Shown: positions 14,100 to 26,234 of the stretch, piece after piece
Layout: every line of letters begins with the position of its first letter
Position numbering within the stretch: position 1 is the first letter of the stretch
Assembly (NCBI GenBank): GCA_031835245.2
Contig: JAVKOQ020000061.1
Coordinates: 62,001-126,000, forward strand
Reading direction: 5' to 3'
Length of the DNA stretch: 64,000 nt
Origin: Balamuthia mandrillaris
Lineage: Eukaryota
The notes under the pieces: model-generated
Database searches by the model: none
What the model saw: the letters and a program-made list of their open reading frames with translations, nothing else
What the model was told of the DNA's origin: nothing
Program-made: the position numbers and the translations under genes

Positions 14100-14880
14100 T
14101 CTCTTCTCTTCTCTTCTCTTCTCTTCTTCTTCTTCTTCTTCTTCTTCTCTTCTCTTCTCTTCTTTTTCTTTTCTTTTTCTTTCTTTTTCTTTCTTTTCTT
14201 TTCTTTTCTTTTCTTTTCTTTTCTTTTCTTTTCTTTTCTTTTCTTTTCTTTTCTTCTTTTCTTTTCTTTTCTTTTTTTCTTTTCCTTTTTGTTAAAGTTG
14301 TTGTTGTTGTTGTGCTTACAGTGACTAGCAATGACTACAAATTGTTGGAGAGAATGAACCAAGTGATGGCCGGCAAGTATCACACCATGACCCAGCAGGC
14401 CGCCCAGCTGGTGGCTCACATGGAGGAGCAACAAAAAAGATGTTTGTTCTTTGCTGTCGCGTTCTCTTATGCGCTTTTTCCCTCTCCTCGTTTTCTCTCC
14501 TCTCTCATTCGCTCTTCTATCTTCGATACTCTCTTGCCTTCTTTTCTCTTTTCATGTTTTCTACATTCTCTTTGCTTGTTCTTGGTGTGCTTGTTGTTAT
14601 TCTTGTTATTCTTGTTGTTTTTCTTCTTGTTCAGCTTCTTCCTCTTCTCTCGTGTTATTCAACTCTCATTTTTGTCACTTTTGTTTTACAAAAAGATGAG
14701 AGCTTCACTCCCTATTTGCAACACATAGACGAGGTGAGCGAGAGCGTGGAAGAGCTGGAGAAGACGGTGAAGCTAATGGACGAGTACACGAAGCAACTGG
14801 AGGCCAAGTTCTACAAGCTCAAGGTACAACAACGAGAGAAAGAAAGAGAAGAGAAACGGAAGCTCAAAGCGGCCAAGTAA
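13599..14880 (+). CDS. BLOC1S2: BLOC-1 subunit 2 (BLOS2), 4 exons
   Basis: Spliced product contains AEYLQGELL-VTSNDYKLLERMN...FTPYLQHIDEVSESVEELEKTVKLMDEYTKQLEAKF, matching the BLOC1S2 pattern. Confidence 0.85.
13980..14290. repeat. Intronic compound pyrimidine microsatellite (CT)n/(CTCTT)n/(CTT)n/(CTTTT)n
   Basis: Directly visible about 300-nt all-pyrimidine tract inside a BLOC1S2 intron. Confidence 0.95.
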
Positions 14881-15559
14881 ACAAAACGAGAACACCAAAA
14901 CAACGCTGAAGTGTGTTTTTTTTTCCACAAGGCTCAAAATAAAAAGCCACAATTCTATGTACGAAAAACCTCCAAAAAGCAAAAGAATAAAAGAACAAAA
15001 AAAAAAATATAGAAAAAATTGAAAAAAAAAAAAGAAAAATAAAAACAAATAAATTTCCGCTATATTTCATGTCGTCATGATGATCTATGTCGACAAAAGC
15101 CGAATTATCATGTCGTCGTGAAATAAACAGGCTTCTCGTGACGACAACGAAAAGTCCGATCCGCAAGAAGTGCTGCTGCGATACGAGCTACCAAGCTTCC
15201 TCCGAGTGTTGAGTGAGGTCCGTTGGCCACCACCAGTACCTCCTTCAGAAAAAGTTCGCAGAGCGCTCATAAAAACCGGTCGGCCATGCCCCCTAACCCA
15301 GGGAAAGTTCAAGAACATAGCGTTGACGTTACCGGTGGCACGCATGAGTTACCATACCAACAAAACCCCTTGAGAGGGAAGGAAAATGCGACAGTTCACG
15401 TGGCATGCAAACGCGCTGATACGCAAGAACGAAACACGAAGAAAACAGAGCAGCAGTTCACGAGCAGGGAGGACAGACGCTGAAATCCAACCATCAAACT
15501 GCACGAAAACTGCGGACCACAACCTTCACCTGACAAACTCATCAACCATCTTTGACCAC

Positions 15560-15568
15560 TATATAAAG
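15560..15568 (+). promoter_or_regulatory. Candidate TATA box (TATATAAAG)
   Basis: Canonical TATA sequence about 120 nt upstream of the ATG at 15680. Confidence 0.5.
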
Positions 15569-15679
15569 CCGACCTTTCATCTGCTTTCAAGCTCATCACC
15601 AACAAACAAAAACATAACAAACAATTCACTGCTGGACTACCAAACCAACTATCACTGCTAGACTACCACTCCTTTAGAA

Positions 15680-16153
15680 ATGAGAACACTGTTGTGCATT
15701 GCGTTGGGCTTGCTGTTCGTGTCGGCTGCCTTGGCCACTCCCTCCAAGAGAGGCGTCAACTATGGCAGCGGAGACGTTTCCTACGACGGCGACGACGTGA
15801 CCTATGACGGCGGAGATGTTTCCTACGATGGAGGAGAAGTGACTTACGATGGCGGCGATGTTTCCTACGATGGAGGCGACGTGAGCTATGACGGCGGCGA
15901 TGTGTCCTACGGAGATGATGTGGTGGCTCCTGAGATCACCTGGGAGAAGTACGAGGATGTCATCAGCATGCCCCAGCTGTACTTCGAGGACATCCTGATG
16001 GAGGACATCAAGATGGAGGACCTCTACCCCGGAGACATGAAGGTCCCTGATGTGCACTTCCCTGAGATCCCCATGGGCAACTTGGAGCTCCCCAACGTGC
16101 CTGGCCCCAAGATCTACATCCCTGGTGCCCTTCTCTCCCACTCACTCACTCAC

Positions 16154-16196
<43 letters not shown>

Positions 16197-16540
16197 TTCG
16201 CGTTCTAACTTGCTTCCAAACAGAGATCAAGTTCCCTAAGATCAAGCTTCCAGCCATCAAGTTCCCTGAGATCCAACTGGAGGCCATCGAAATCCCCAGC
16301 ATTCCCGCCAGGAGCATCACCTTGGAGGACCTGGAGCTGGAGAACGTGAAGGTGCCTAACATTCACATCCCCACCGTGGCCGGCCCTGTGATCAAGCTGC
16401 CCACCATCAAGATGGCGGACATCAAGTTGCCTCACGTGAAGATCCCCAACGTGAAAGTCCCTGATGTGAACTACGAGTACGAGATCCCCAGCGTCCACTT
16501 CCCCGAGCCTGAATTCGAGGACGTTGAGACTGGATACTAA
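15680..16540 (+). CDS. Secreted repetitive protein (signal peptide, DV[ST]YDGG heptads, Pro-rich pentapeptide repeats)
   Basis: Signal peptide MRTLLCIALGLLFVSAALA, KR site, 7 heptads at 15773-15919, then 5-residue periodicity; one intron 16125-16223; strong C/G-ending codon bias. Confidence 0.85.
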
Positions 16541-17198
16541 GCGGGGGGTGGACTCTTACAACAGTTTTGGACTTCGGCCTAGCTGTTCCTGCTGGCAGTT
16601 TCATTTTTGAAACCTCTTTTTTTTACATTTTTGAATGTTTCAAGCCACCACAACAAAGATTTTGTTTCCGCAATGCTCTTCTTTTTCTTCATCATCATCG
16701 TCTCCATCTTTCTCTTCTTCTTTTGTTCGTCCATGCTTTATGCTGAAAATCCGGATTGTTCTTGCTTTGGCCGTTTTGCTGGTAAGTCCTGCGCGACAAA
16801 GGACATCCATTCCCTTCGCCGACCCTCCCCCTGGGTCCCTTCTCCTCTGGCCCTCCTTGCCACCAACAAAGAAAAAGAGAAGGAATGCTGTCGACGCAAA
16901 TAATTCCGGGTCGTCACGAGTAATATAGCTCACAAAAGAAATACAGAAATAAAAACAAAAATAAAAAGAGTAACGTGCGCACGTGTAATGACGACACAGC
17001 AGTGAGAAAAATGAGAGGCAAGCCATTGGTTCACTTTGTGCTTTCCCTGCGGCGCCCACACACCATAACCCCCTCCAAATGGGGTTTCGTCGATAAAAAA
17101 CGTTACCTCACAACGCACTCCACAACAGAAATATATTTTTTCTTCTTCACCCCAAAAACCAAAAACACAAAATCAAAAGAAGAGAGAAGAAGAAGAAG

Positions 17199-17604
17199 AT
17201 GGCCGATTCCACTTTCACTCCACCCTTTGCTCCCAGCGTGGTCGCCTTCTCCAACATGAACGAGGACTACCAAGTGGAGCTCGAGGCCCTGCACCACCTC
17301 CTCTCCAAAGGAGGAGAGGAGGAGGGAGGGCCGCGCTCCCTTCGCGTCTGCTGCGTGGCCTCCTCCGGGGAGACCAGCCTCTGCCTGCTCTCCCTGCCGG
17401 AGGTCTCCGCGGTGGAGGCCGTGGACCTGAGCGAGTGGCAGGTCCACCTGTGCGAGCTGAGGCGGGCGGCCCTGCTGCACCTGGACACGGCGGAGGAGCA
17501 GCTGAGGCTGTTCGGCATGGACCCCGCCGTCAGGAGGGAGGGAGACGAGCAGGCCAGACTGGCCCTGTATGACCGGTTGCGAGAGCACCTTCCTGCCAAG
17601 GTTA

Positions 17605-17641
<37 letters not shown>

Positions 17642-19534
17642 CGTTGCTTTCTTTCTTTTTTTCTCATCAAAAGAATATAAACCAAGGCGAGAGAGGCGTG
17701 GGATCAACGAAGGGACCTGGAGATAGCGTTTGGCCTGGGTCACGTCGGACAGTCCGACATCATCAACCATGACCTCCAACTGGAGCTCCAACAAGCCAAC
17801 ATTCACGTCGTCGAACCTCCTCATGTTTCTTCTTCTTCTTCTTCCTCTTCTTCTTCTTCTTCTTCGCCTTCCATCCCACTTCATCTTCTTCCAGAGAATG
17901 AAAGGTTTGCGGCGTGTTGGAAGAAAGTGTACAGCCTCGCCAACTTTCGTAAACGCTTTGCTCACCTACACATTAACCAACAAGGCATGGACGAGATGAT
18001 CCAAAGGCACTGGAATGTGTTGCATCGCTCTCCATCCTTTCATAAGAACAACTACTTCTTTGCTTACTACTATACAAACTACTATTGCAACGCTTGTTCT
18101 TCTGCTTCCTCCGTTGCTTCTTCTTGTTCTTGTTCTTGTTCTTCTTGTTCTTGTTCTTCTTCTTCTTGTTCTTCTTCTTCTTCTTGTTCTTCTTCTTGTT
18201 CTTCTTCTTCTTCTTCTTCTTCTTCTTCTTCTTCTTCTGCTTCATCATCAAAGAAGAAACAGAAAGAAACAGACAATGAGGACAAACCGAACGAAGAACA
18301 AGCAGGCAAGGAAGATGAGACAGGAAAAGGACGACCTTTGTTTCTTCAAACGGAAGCGAGACAACGTATCTTGAAACACGGAGCAACCACCGAGCGTCTT
18401 CGTTATCACGTTGGAGACATCTTTCAACTCGTTGCTTCTCTCTCCAACACCGAGGTCAACAAAAAGGCGAAAGCAGGAGAAGAAGGAGCAGGACAGAGCA
18501 AAAAGTTTGACCTTATCTCTATCTCAAACATTCTCGATTGGATTCCCGAAGAAGAGGAGGCTGTTCGTTTGCTTCGCGGTCTTCAGGACAGTTTGAACGA
18601 AGGAGGAATGATCCTCGTCCGTCACGAAACTCGTTCCAACGACTATTTTCTTCGTTTGTCTCAACAGCTTCCCTCTCTCTCCTTTTCACCCTCCTTCAAC
18701 GCTCGTTTGCTTCGTGCCGATCGCGCTCTTCTCACACGCGACATTGCGGCTTTCTTTCATCTCCCATCCTCAAACCTCAACAACATTCCACTTCCTCTTC
18801 TTCAAGAAACAGAGGTTAAAGTCGACGTCGAAATTGAAGAAGAAGACAACAATCAAGTTGTCATTTCCACAACAACGACCACGACGACGACCACGACAAC
18901 AAACTTCTTTCTTCCCCACAATGACGAAGATGAAGACGAAGACCAACCTCTTTGGGTATTTGCTTATGGCTCTTTGATGTGGAATCCCGGTTTCTCCTAC
19001 GAGCGACGTTCCCGGTGCGTTCTCCATGATGCCCAACGGAGCTTGTGCATGTACTCCATCCACCTTCGTGGAACTCCCGAAAAACCGGGTCTCGTTTTGG
19101 GCCTTCATCCAAAGAGAGGGGCCAGCTGCTTGGGAATGTGCTTCGAGGTGAGGACGAAGCAGAGGAAGAGACAAGTGTTGGAGTATCTGGAGGAGAGGGA
19201 GAACACTCCGGAGGTTTGTTATCGGAGGATGGTTGGAGAGTTGAAGCTGACGGATGAGGAAGGGCGAGCCACGGGAGAAGTGGTGAGAGGAGTGTTTTAC
19301 TTTCCGATAGAAGAACACCATCAATATGCAGGCCATCTCTACAAAGAGGAGGAAGAAGAGGAGAAGAGAAAGCGGAATGAAGGAGCGGTGGTGGAGATTT
19401 TGAGGACGAGCCGTGGCAAGAATGGAACGTCGTTGGAGTATTTGGAGAACACGTTGAAGTTCATGGAGGAGTTTGGCATTGAGGATGTGCAGTTGCGAGA
19501 CTTGCTTGTTCGGGCAAAACAATGCACTGGATAA
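17199..19534 (+). CDS. Fusion of a BtaA/DUF3419-like SAM-dependent transferase with a ChaC-family gamma-glutamylcyclotransferase (~749 aa, 2 exons)
   Basis: Exon 1 17199-17600 (FSNMNED, CVASSGETSLCLL, AVDLSEWQVHLCELRRAA); exon 2 17687-19534 is one open frame with FDLISISNILDW...LNEGG and then ChaC WVFAYGSLMWNPGF, RGTPEKPGLVLGL, YLEERE, GKNGTSLEYL. Confidence 0.8.
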
Positions 19535-19669
19535 CTGAAAGGGGAATACTCTCTTTTTTTCTTCTGCGTTCGTGTTTATTTCTTGGAGGAGTGAGAGAAA
19601 CAAGAGAAGAAGAAGAGCAAGAGGTAAAACTGAAAGGAAGGAGTACTTCTTGACTTTTAATAAAGAAAG

Positions 19670-20788
19670 TTACTTCTGTTGTTTGCGACGCGCTTTTCTC
19701 GCTTTTGCAGCTTTCGCCTTGTTCCACCCGACATTTTGCTTCTTCCACTTTTGGCTCCTGCTTTTAGTGGTGGCCTTCCCTCCTTTCGTTGTCAGCTTGG
19801 GTCTTCCTCCTTTTCCTATCTTCCATTGCAATTGTGTTCCTTTTGATTCTTCTCCTCCTTCCTCATCTTCTTCCCCTCCTTCTCCTTCATCTTCCTCTTC
19901 CTCTCCTTCTTCATCAGAAGAAGAAGCTTTCTTCAAGTCAGTTGGAGTGGTGTCCAACGTAGTAATCGTAACTGTGGTAAACGTTTCTTTTCCATCATAT
20001 TCCACCTCTTTCTCCTTTTCTTCATTTTCTCTCTCTTCACCGCTTTCTCCTTCTTCATCGACATCTTCGTTCTCGATGCTTTTTTTCCCATTTGCGGCGT
20101 CCAACAAATGAGCAAAACTCTTTCGGACGTATTCTTGTTCCATTTCCTCCATTCCGGGGGCGCGTTGGTGCTTCTTCTTCTTTGAGAAGGTCAGCTCCAC
20201 CACTCCTTCGCTCTGTTTCTTTCGTTCTTCAACGAGAGCTTTTAAAGCATCTCTTTCCTATTGTTTATTTTTGACCCCAAAAAAAAAAAATAAGAAAGAA
20301 AAGAAAGCAAGAAAGAAAGAAAGAAAGAAACGACAAGAAAGAAACGACAAGAAAGAAACGACAAGAAAGAAATGCCAAGAAAGAAAGAAACGACAAGAAA
20401 GAAACGACAAGAGAGAAAACGAGAAGAGAAACACTTAAAAAATAAAACAGAAAGAAGCGAGCATCGTACTGCTTTCCGTCGGTCGATGCGTTCCTGTCGT
20501 TCTTTGCGCGCTTTTTGCTGAAGTGCCTCCGTCCTTCGCTTCTGCTTTCGTTTGCGAAACCCTGTTACAAACTCACTTTTTGTTCATCACAACAAAGAAC
20601 AAAAATTCAATTTGAGTGAAACGAAAAAAAGCAAAAAATAGTACAAACTTTCGATCGGCATTGTTAAAGTCCACAAAGAGCTTGTTTTTCTTTCTGGGCG
20701 CTCGTGTGGAAACCGTAAGATACGGAGAGGAGCTATGCTGTGGCTGCGGAGAAGAGGACTCGCGCCGGCCGTCGCCTGGTCTTCCCAT
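19670..20788 (-). CDS. NOL12: Nucleolar protein 12 / Rrp17 family, 3 exons
   Basis: Spliced product has KLFVDFNNADR.EFVTGFRKRKQKRR (family pattern F....R.EYLTGFHKRK), TTVTITTL and a basic tail; the middle exon at ~20470-20575 is missing from the ORF track. Confidence 0.8.
20293..20430. repeat. Intronic GA-rich tandem repeat (GAAAGAAACGACAA-like units)
   Basis: Repeated 14-18 nt units visible within a NOL12 intron. Confidence 0.85.
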
Positions 20789-21022
20789 CCCTATTCTTTC
20801 TTCTTTCTTTCTTTCTTTTCGTTTTGCTACTCTATTTGTGGTCAAATCGTTCAGCAATTGTTCACACCATCGATTGTGGAATCCCTGGTCAAGGATAAAT
20901 TTTGTCTATGCGCTCAACCGCCCTTAAAGCGGAGACCTAATGGACAAAAAGAGGGGAAGACTGAACCGTATCCTTTCTAATGCGCGAAAACATAGAGGGA
21001 AAAAGAAAGCAGAGAAGAGAAT

Positions 21023-21854
21023 ATGAGATGGTGGCTGAGCAGCAGACAGGGAGCGGCACTCCGTAGGAAGGGAGTCAGTTTCGAGGCACGCGTGGCCAAC
21101 ACTTTTTCTCGACTGGGCAAATGGAACGTCCGTAAAAACATTCTGCTGCGCGACGCCAACAACAACCTCAGGTACAAGCGTCTGATCCGACCTCCTCAAC
21201 CACCTTTCCGCTACTACCTATTTTTTTGATCTCTCTCTCCTTTCTTCTCTCCTCTCTCTCTCTCTCTCTCTTGGTAAAGCGAGATAGACGTTCGGTTTGG
21301 TCTCTTCTGGAAACGCTACGTGGAATGCAAGAACCACTCGCAGCCCATCCCGCTGGACATGGTGGCCAAGTTCAAGGAGGTGCTGCTCCTCAATGGCATC
21401 TCCCCCTCCAGAGGCATTTTCGTCGCCTCCGGAACGTTTACCCCTAGAGCCCTCACCATTGGCATCAAGACCTATGATGGCGCTCAGTTCAGGGTATGTA
21501 TGGCAAACTCTCGACCACCTTTTTTAATCACTTGCTCTTGTTTGCCAGCTACATTCTGACCTTCTCCTTCTCCTTCTCCTTCTCCTTCCTTCTCCTTTCT
21601 CCCAGAAACTTGAACGTTGGTCCTACCTCTCCTACGCCCTCCGTCGCACCGTCCTCCTGGCTGCCGCCACCTGGCTCGGCTACACCGCCTACCAACGACG
21701 CGCGGAACTCTCCCACCGCTGGCAGAGCCGCCACAAGGAATGGCAGCTGTGGCGGCGGTGGTGGCGGGAGGGAGGGCCTCGACGCAGCGTGGAGAACCAA
21801 CGCAAGCAAATGCAACACAAATACAAACAGCTCAAACGGAAACTCGGCTTATGA
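21023..21854 (+). CDS. Mrr-like PD-(D/E)XK restriction-endonuclease-fold protein with C-terminal hydrophobic segment, 3 exons
   Basis: KGVSFEARVANTFSRLG (motif I), EIDV (motif II), YVECKNH (motif III), GIFVASGTFTPRA; exons 21023-21171, 21280-21493, 21606-21854. Confidence 0.8.
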
Positions 21855-21968
21855 CAAAGAAGAAGTGATAATGTCTTTTAAAACAAAGAAGGAAGAAGAA
21901 AGACGAGGTGAAAAGGTTAACCTTCAACAGTTGTTCGCAGTTGAAGTTGAATGGTTGCATCTTTCTTC

Positions 21969-23359
21969 TTACTTTTCTTGTTGTTGTTGGAAAGGAGCAT
22001 ACGGATAAGGGTTGAAAATGTACAGGTTGCCTTGCGGTTGAGGAGCGGAGAAAGGCGGCAGGACCGCGTGCTGCATTTGTTGTTGAGGAGGAGGCATGAA
22101 GTAGATCTGAGGTGGCAGCATTTCCACAGAGGCAGGAGCGGATGCAGATTGGAACATCATCTCCTCCTCTTCCTTGGTTGGGAGCAACAAAGCTTCATCG
22201 TTGCTGGTGTAATCAAGTTCTCCTTCTTCCAGTCTCTCTTCGTCCTCTTCATTGCTGTTAGAGGAGGTCAAAGAAGAGAGGAAAGCACAACAGAGCATGG
22301 AGAGGGTCATTGCGGCGATATAAACGGCCATCACGATGGAAGCCACGAAAGCAAAGTGGGTTACAGTAGGGTCGTTGTTAGCCTTGTAGATGCCATAGCA
22401 AGCCCAACCGATGCTCAAGGGAAAGGTCCTGGCGCAGAGACCGCTACCAACGATCCAGGAGAAATTCATAGCGATGGAGAGGGCGACCATACCCCATGCG
22501 GCAGAGCGGAAGAAGGGGGCGTGGAAGGCCACGTCACCCACGATGCCGATGTTGATAAGGGTGGCGACGGTGATCCAGCCGAACCACAGGCCAAAGGGAA
22601 GCTTGAGGAGGAGGGAGGCGGGACGCAGGGTCGCGTTGACGACGAACAGAGACACCCAGATGCCAACCATGTAGACAGCAGCCAGAACCAAGTACTCGTT
22701 GCACCAAGCAACCACCTGAAAGACAGAGACGCATTAGAGGAAGGAGGAAGGAGGAAGGAGGAAGGAGGAAGGAGGAAGGAGGAAGGAGGAAGGAGGAGGA
22801 GGAAGGAGGAAGGAGGAAGGAGGAAGGAGGAAGGAGGAAGGAGGAAGGAGGAAGGAGGAAGGAGGAAGGAGGAAGGAGGAAGGAGGAAGGAGGAAGGAGG
22901 AAGGAGGAAGGAGGAGGAAGGAGGAAGGAGGAAGGAGGAAGGAGGAAGGAGGAAGGAGGAAGGAGGAAGGAGGAAGGAGGAAGGAGGAAGGAGGAAGGAG
23001 GAAGGAGGAAGGAGGAAGGAGGAAGGAGGAAGGAGGAAGGGTACCCAGGCGGCTTGGAAAATCGAGGCCAAAGTCACAAACTTGACGATCCCCTGCACAT
23101 GGACATTGCTACGATTGCTGGGCAACAACTGCCACACAAAGTACACGGCGAGAGACAAGTAGATGACGGTCCAGATGGCAAAGGCCCATCCAACAGGGGT
23201 CAGGAGGCTGGGGTATTTCTCCGAGATGTCGGCAATGGAGTTGCCGCCCCAGCGGAAGTGGCCAGCCAGCATGGCCGCCAGGAAGGCCACCGCCGAGAAG
23301 AAATGCGGGGTGGCAGAGGTGGAACGTGCCTGAGGGCAGACTTCAGATTCAGCAGCCAT
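21969..23359 (-). CDS. TspO/MBR-related tryptophan-rich multi-pass membrane protein, 2 exons
   Basis: ISEKYPSLLTPVGWAFAIWTVIYL and LPFGLWFGWITVATLIN resemble TspO-related proteins; intron ~22719-23044 holds a repeat array; Pro/Gln-rich tail. Confidence 0.6.
22738..23040. repeat. Intronic 7-nt tandem repeat (GGAGGAA)n
   Basis: About 300 nt of near-perfect heptamer repeats; source of the spurious LLPPSSF / EEGGRRK ORF translations. Confidence 0.95.
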
Positions 23360-23991
23360 GGCTTTTTTCTTTGTTTGTTTGTTTGTTTGTTTGTAAGGAA
23401 ATCCCTCCTTTTGGTTTTGTTGTTGACTTGAAACAAAAAAAAAGTAGATTAGATCTGGAAGGGGAAACGCTTACAAAAACTAAAAATAATGGGGAGAAGA
23501 GTACTCTACAAAAAAAAAAAACAGAGAGAGAGAGAGAGAGAAAAGAGAGGAACAACAAAAACCATACCTCGCGCTACACCACCGTGTCTCTGCTACTTTT
23601 TTTCTACTTTTTCTTTCTCACTTCTCGCACTGCTGACGTATAGTCGCCATGTATCGATCGATTTTGTCGACACAAGTCGATAATTTGCTGAAATATTCCC
23701 TGTAGAACCAATCAACAATCAAAATTGTGTCGACGTTAATTTTATCGGATGGATGAACCAATGACCAATCCCAAAATGTCGACAATAAATTGTTTTATCG
23801 ACAAAAGATAATTATATCAACGAAATTTCTTTCAAGTAGCGAGAAGAAAGAAAAGATTAAAAGAGGTGCGTGCTGCCTCTTTGCTGCTTTAAACAAACAA
23901 AATCTCAATCCCCGCTTTTGTTTCTGTTCTCCTTTTCCCTTCCTTCCCTTCTATTTTTTTTGTTGTTGTTCAACAGACCCAGTGCGTGAGG

Positions 23992-26156
23992 ATGATTCCT
24001 GCTGGGGGTGCAACGGCCTCACAAAACGGGGTTGCTGCCGCCGTCACAGCAGCAGCAGCAACAGAGGCGGATTCCCTCTCCGATGCAGACATTTACTTCT
24101 CCAGCGACTCGGAGAGCATGCCCATCATAGCCACACGCACCCGCAAGGTGAACTACCAACGGCCCAAAATGAGTGAAGCGATCCCAAGTCAACGACAAGA
24201 AGAGAAAAAAAAAGAAAGCGAAGAAGAGGAAGAAGATGAAGAGGACGACGACGATGACGATGAAGAAGAGTCCGACGAAGAGGAAGAGGATTATGAGGAG
24301 GAGGAAGACGGATGATGATGATGATGAGGAAGACTTTGAGGCAGATGACGACAGCGGCTCTGCCAGCAGCGAATTCATGTCCGAAGAGGAGGACTCTGAA
24401 GCAGACGCAGAGAACGTCGTTTCCACGGCCAACCACCAACAACACGAAAAGAGGAGACGCCTTCAGCGAACCTCCTCCTCCACCAAACCAAAACCTGGTT
24501 CTTCTTCCTCTTCTTCTGGCTCTTCCTCTTCTTCAACTTCATCACAAACAACGACGACAACAACCGAACAACTTACTAATAAAGCACCCTCTCGATTCTA
24601 CTGCATGCTTTGCAGAGGCGAAGAGACGGACAGCACCGGAAACCCTCTTGTCTGCTGCGATGGCGTGGGCTGCGCCCAAGTCGTGCACCGCAACTGCGAC
24701 AAGGAGCTGCGGCAACGGTGGGCGGCCAAGCTGCAGCAGAGCGGAGGGGACCACGCAGCGGCTGTGGCGGCGGCTTCCGTCGAGGAGGACCCCTTTTGGT
24801 TCTGTCCTCAATGCAGGAAAAGCGATGCCAACAAGGCAAAACTTCATAGCAACAACAACGACATGCGTCGTCCGCTCACGTTTAAGAAAGTGAAGAAGGA
24901 ACCAGTGACATCGGAGAGGATTCCTCCTCCACCACTGTCGTCAATCTCTGCTTCCTCCTCTTCGACTACTTCGAGTGCGCGTGCTTCTTCTGGTTCTAGT
25001 TCAACTTCTGCTCCTACTGTTAAGCCGAAGCAGCGAAGACAAAGAAGAAAAACAGAGGTGGACAAAACAAAGCAGGAAGGAGAGGCGTCCAAAACATATA
25101 CCGGCGAGACTTACTCTTGTCCTCATTGTGGCAAAACTTTTACCAGTGTGTGGGGTACTTGCTTCTCTTTTTTTGTCCTCTTGCCCTTGTTTCGCTCGTT
25201 CTCTCCTTCTCTTCTTCTCTGTTTATTGCTATTTATTAACATTCAAAAATTACAGGACAAAGACTACATGTGAAGAGATGGTGCCACCAAAACCAAGAAG
25301 TGGAGCCCTTCAACTATGCCTTTGATGCTCAATTGACCGATCTGCAAAAGTGGTGCACAGAGCATCCTAACGACAATGAATGGAGACAGCTTCCCGATCG
25401 TTTGAGCGCCTGGTTGGAGCAACAGAGAGGAAGAAAAAGGAAAGGTACATTGTCGCAAGTGCAGGAAGCCCTCTTGAATTCTCTCAACGCCAATTGGGCC
25501 ACTCTTGGTGGGGATGGTGCGGCTGATGGCGCTGCTGTCATGAGACGAAGTAAGTCTTTTTCTTTTTTCTCTTTTCTTTTTCTTTTTCTTTTTCTTTTTC
25601 TTTTTCTTTTTCTTTTTTTCCTTTTCTTTTTTTTCTTTACCAACAAAGGATAATTGCAAACAGGACGTCGATCCACCGCTAATGCCAACAACAATGCCGA
25701 TGGTGATACCAAACGCAGAAGAAGGAAAATTGAAAACACAGAAGAGGTCCAACCCCGCAAACGAACAAGACGGCCCATTGACAGCACTAACGCTTCTTCA
25801 AAACCAAACACAACAAACAAAGAAGTGAAGAACAAAATCGAAACGGAAATGGAAACCAAACCCACATCAGCATCATTAACCCCAACAGCAGCTGCTTCTA
25901 ACCGTCCCTCAACAACAACCCCAATGAATATTCCATTGCAACCACCATCCCTACAACCACTCTCACTATTACAAACACAATCTCCTTCCATTATTGCTTC
26001 TCTCCCTCTGTCTTCATCTTCTTCACTTACTGCTTCAACTCCTCTCCTAATTCCACAACAACAACCACAACCACCAATCGAGCCTCCACCCTTAGTTAAA
26101 TTACAATCTTCTCCTTCTCCTTCTGTTGCTTCTCTTTCTGCTTCTGCATCTTCACT

Positions 26157-26234
<78 letters not shown>

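Noticed and set aside
22738..23040. Long repetitive ORFs (LLPPSSF)n and (EEGGRRK)n
   Set aside because: Translations of an intronic GGAGGAA array; the flanking GT/AG sites join the membrane-protein exons in frame.
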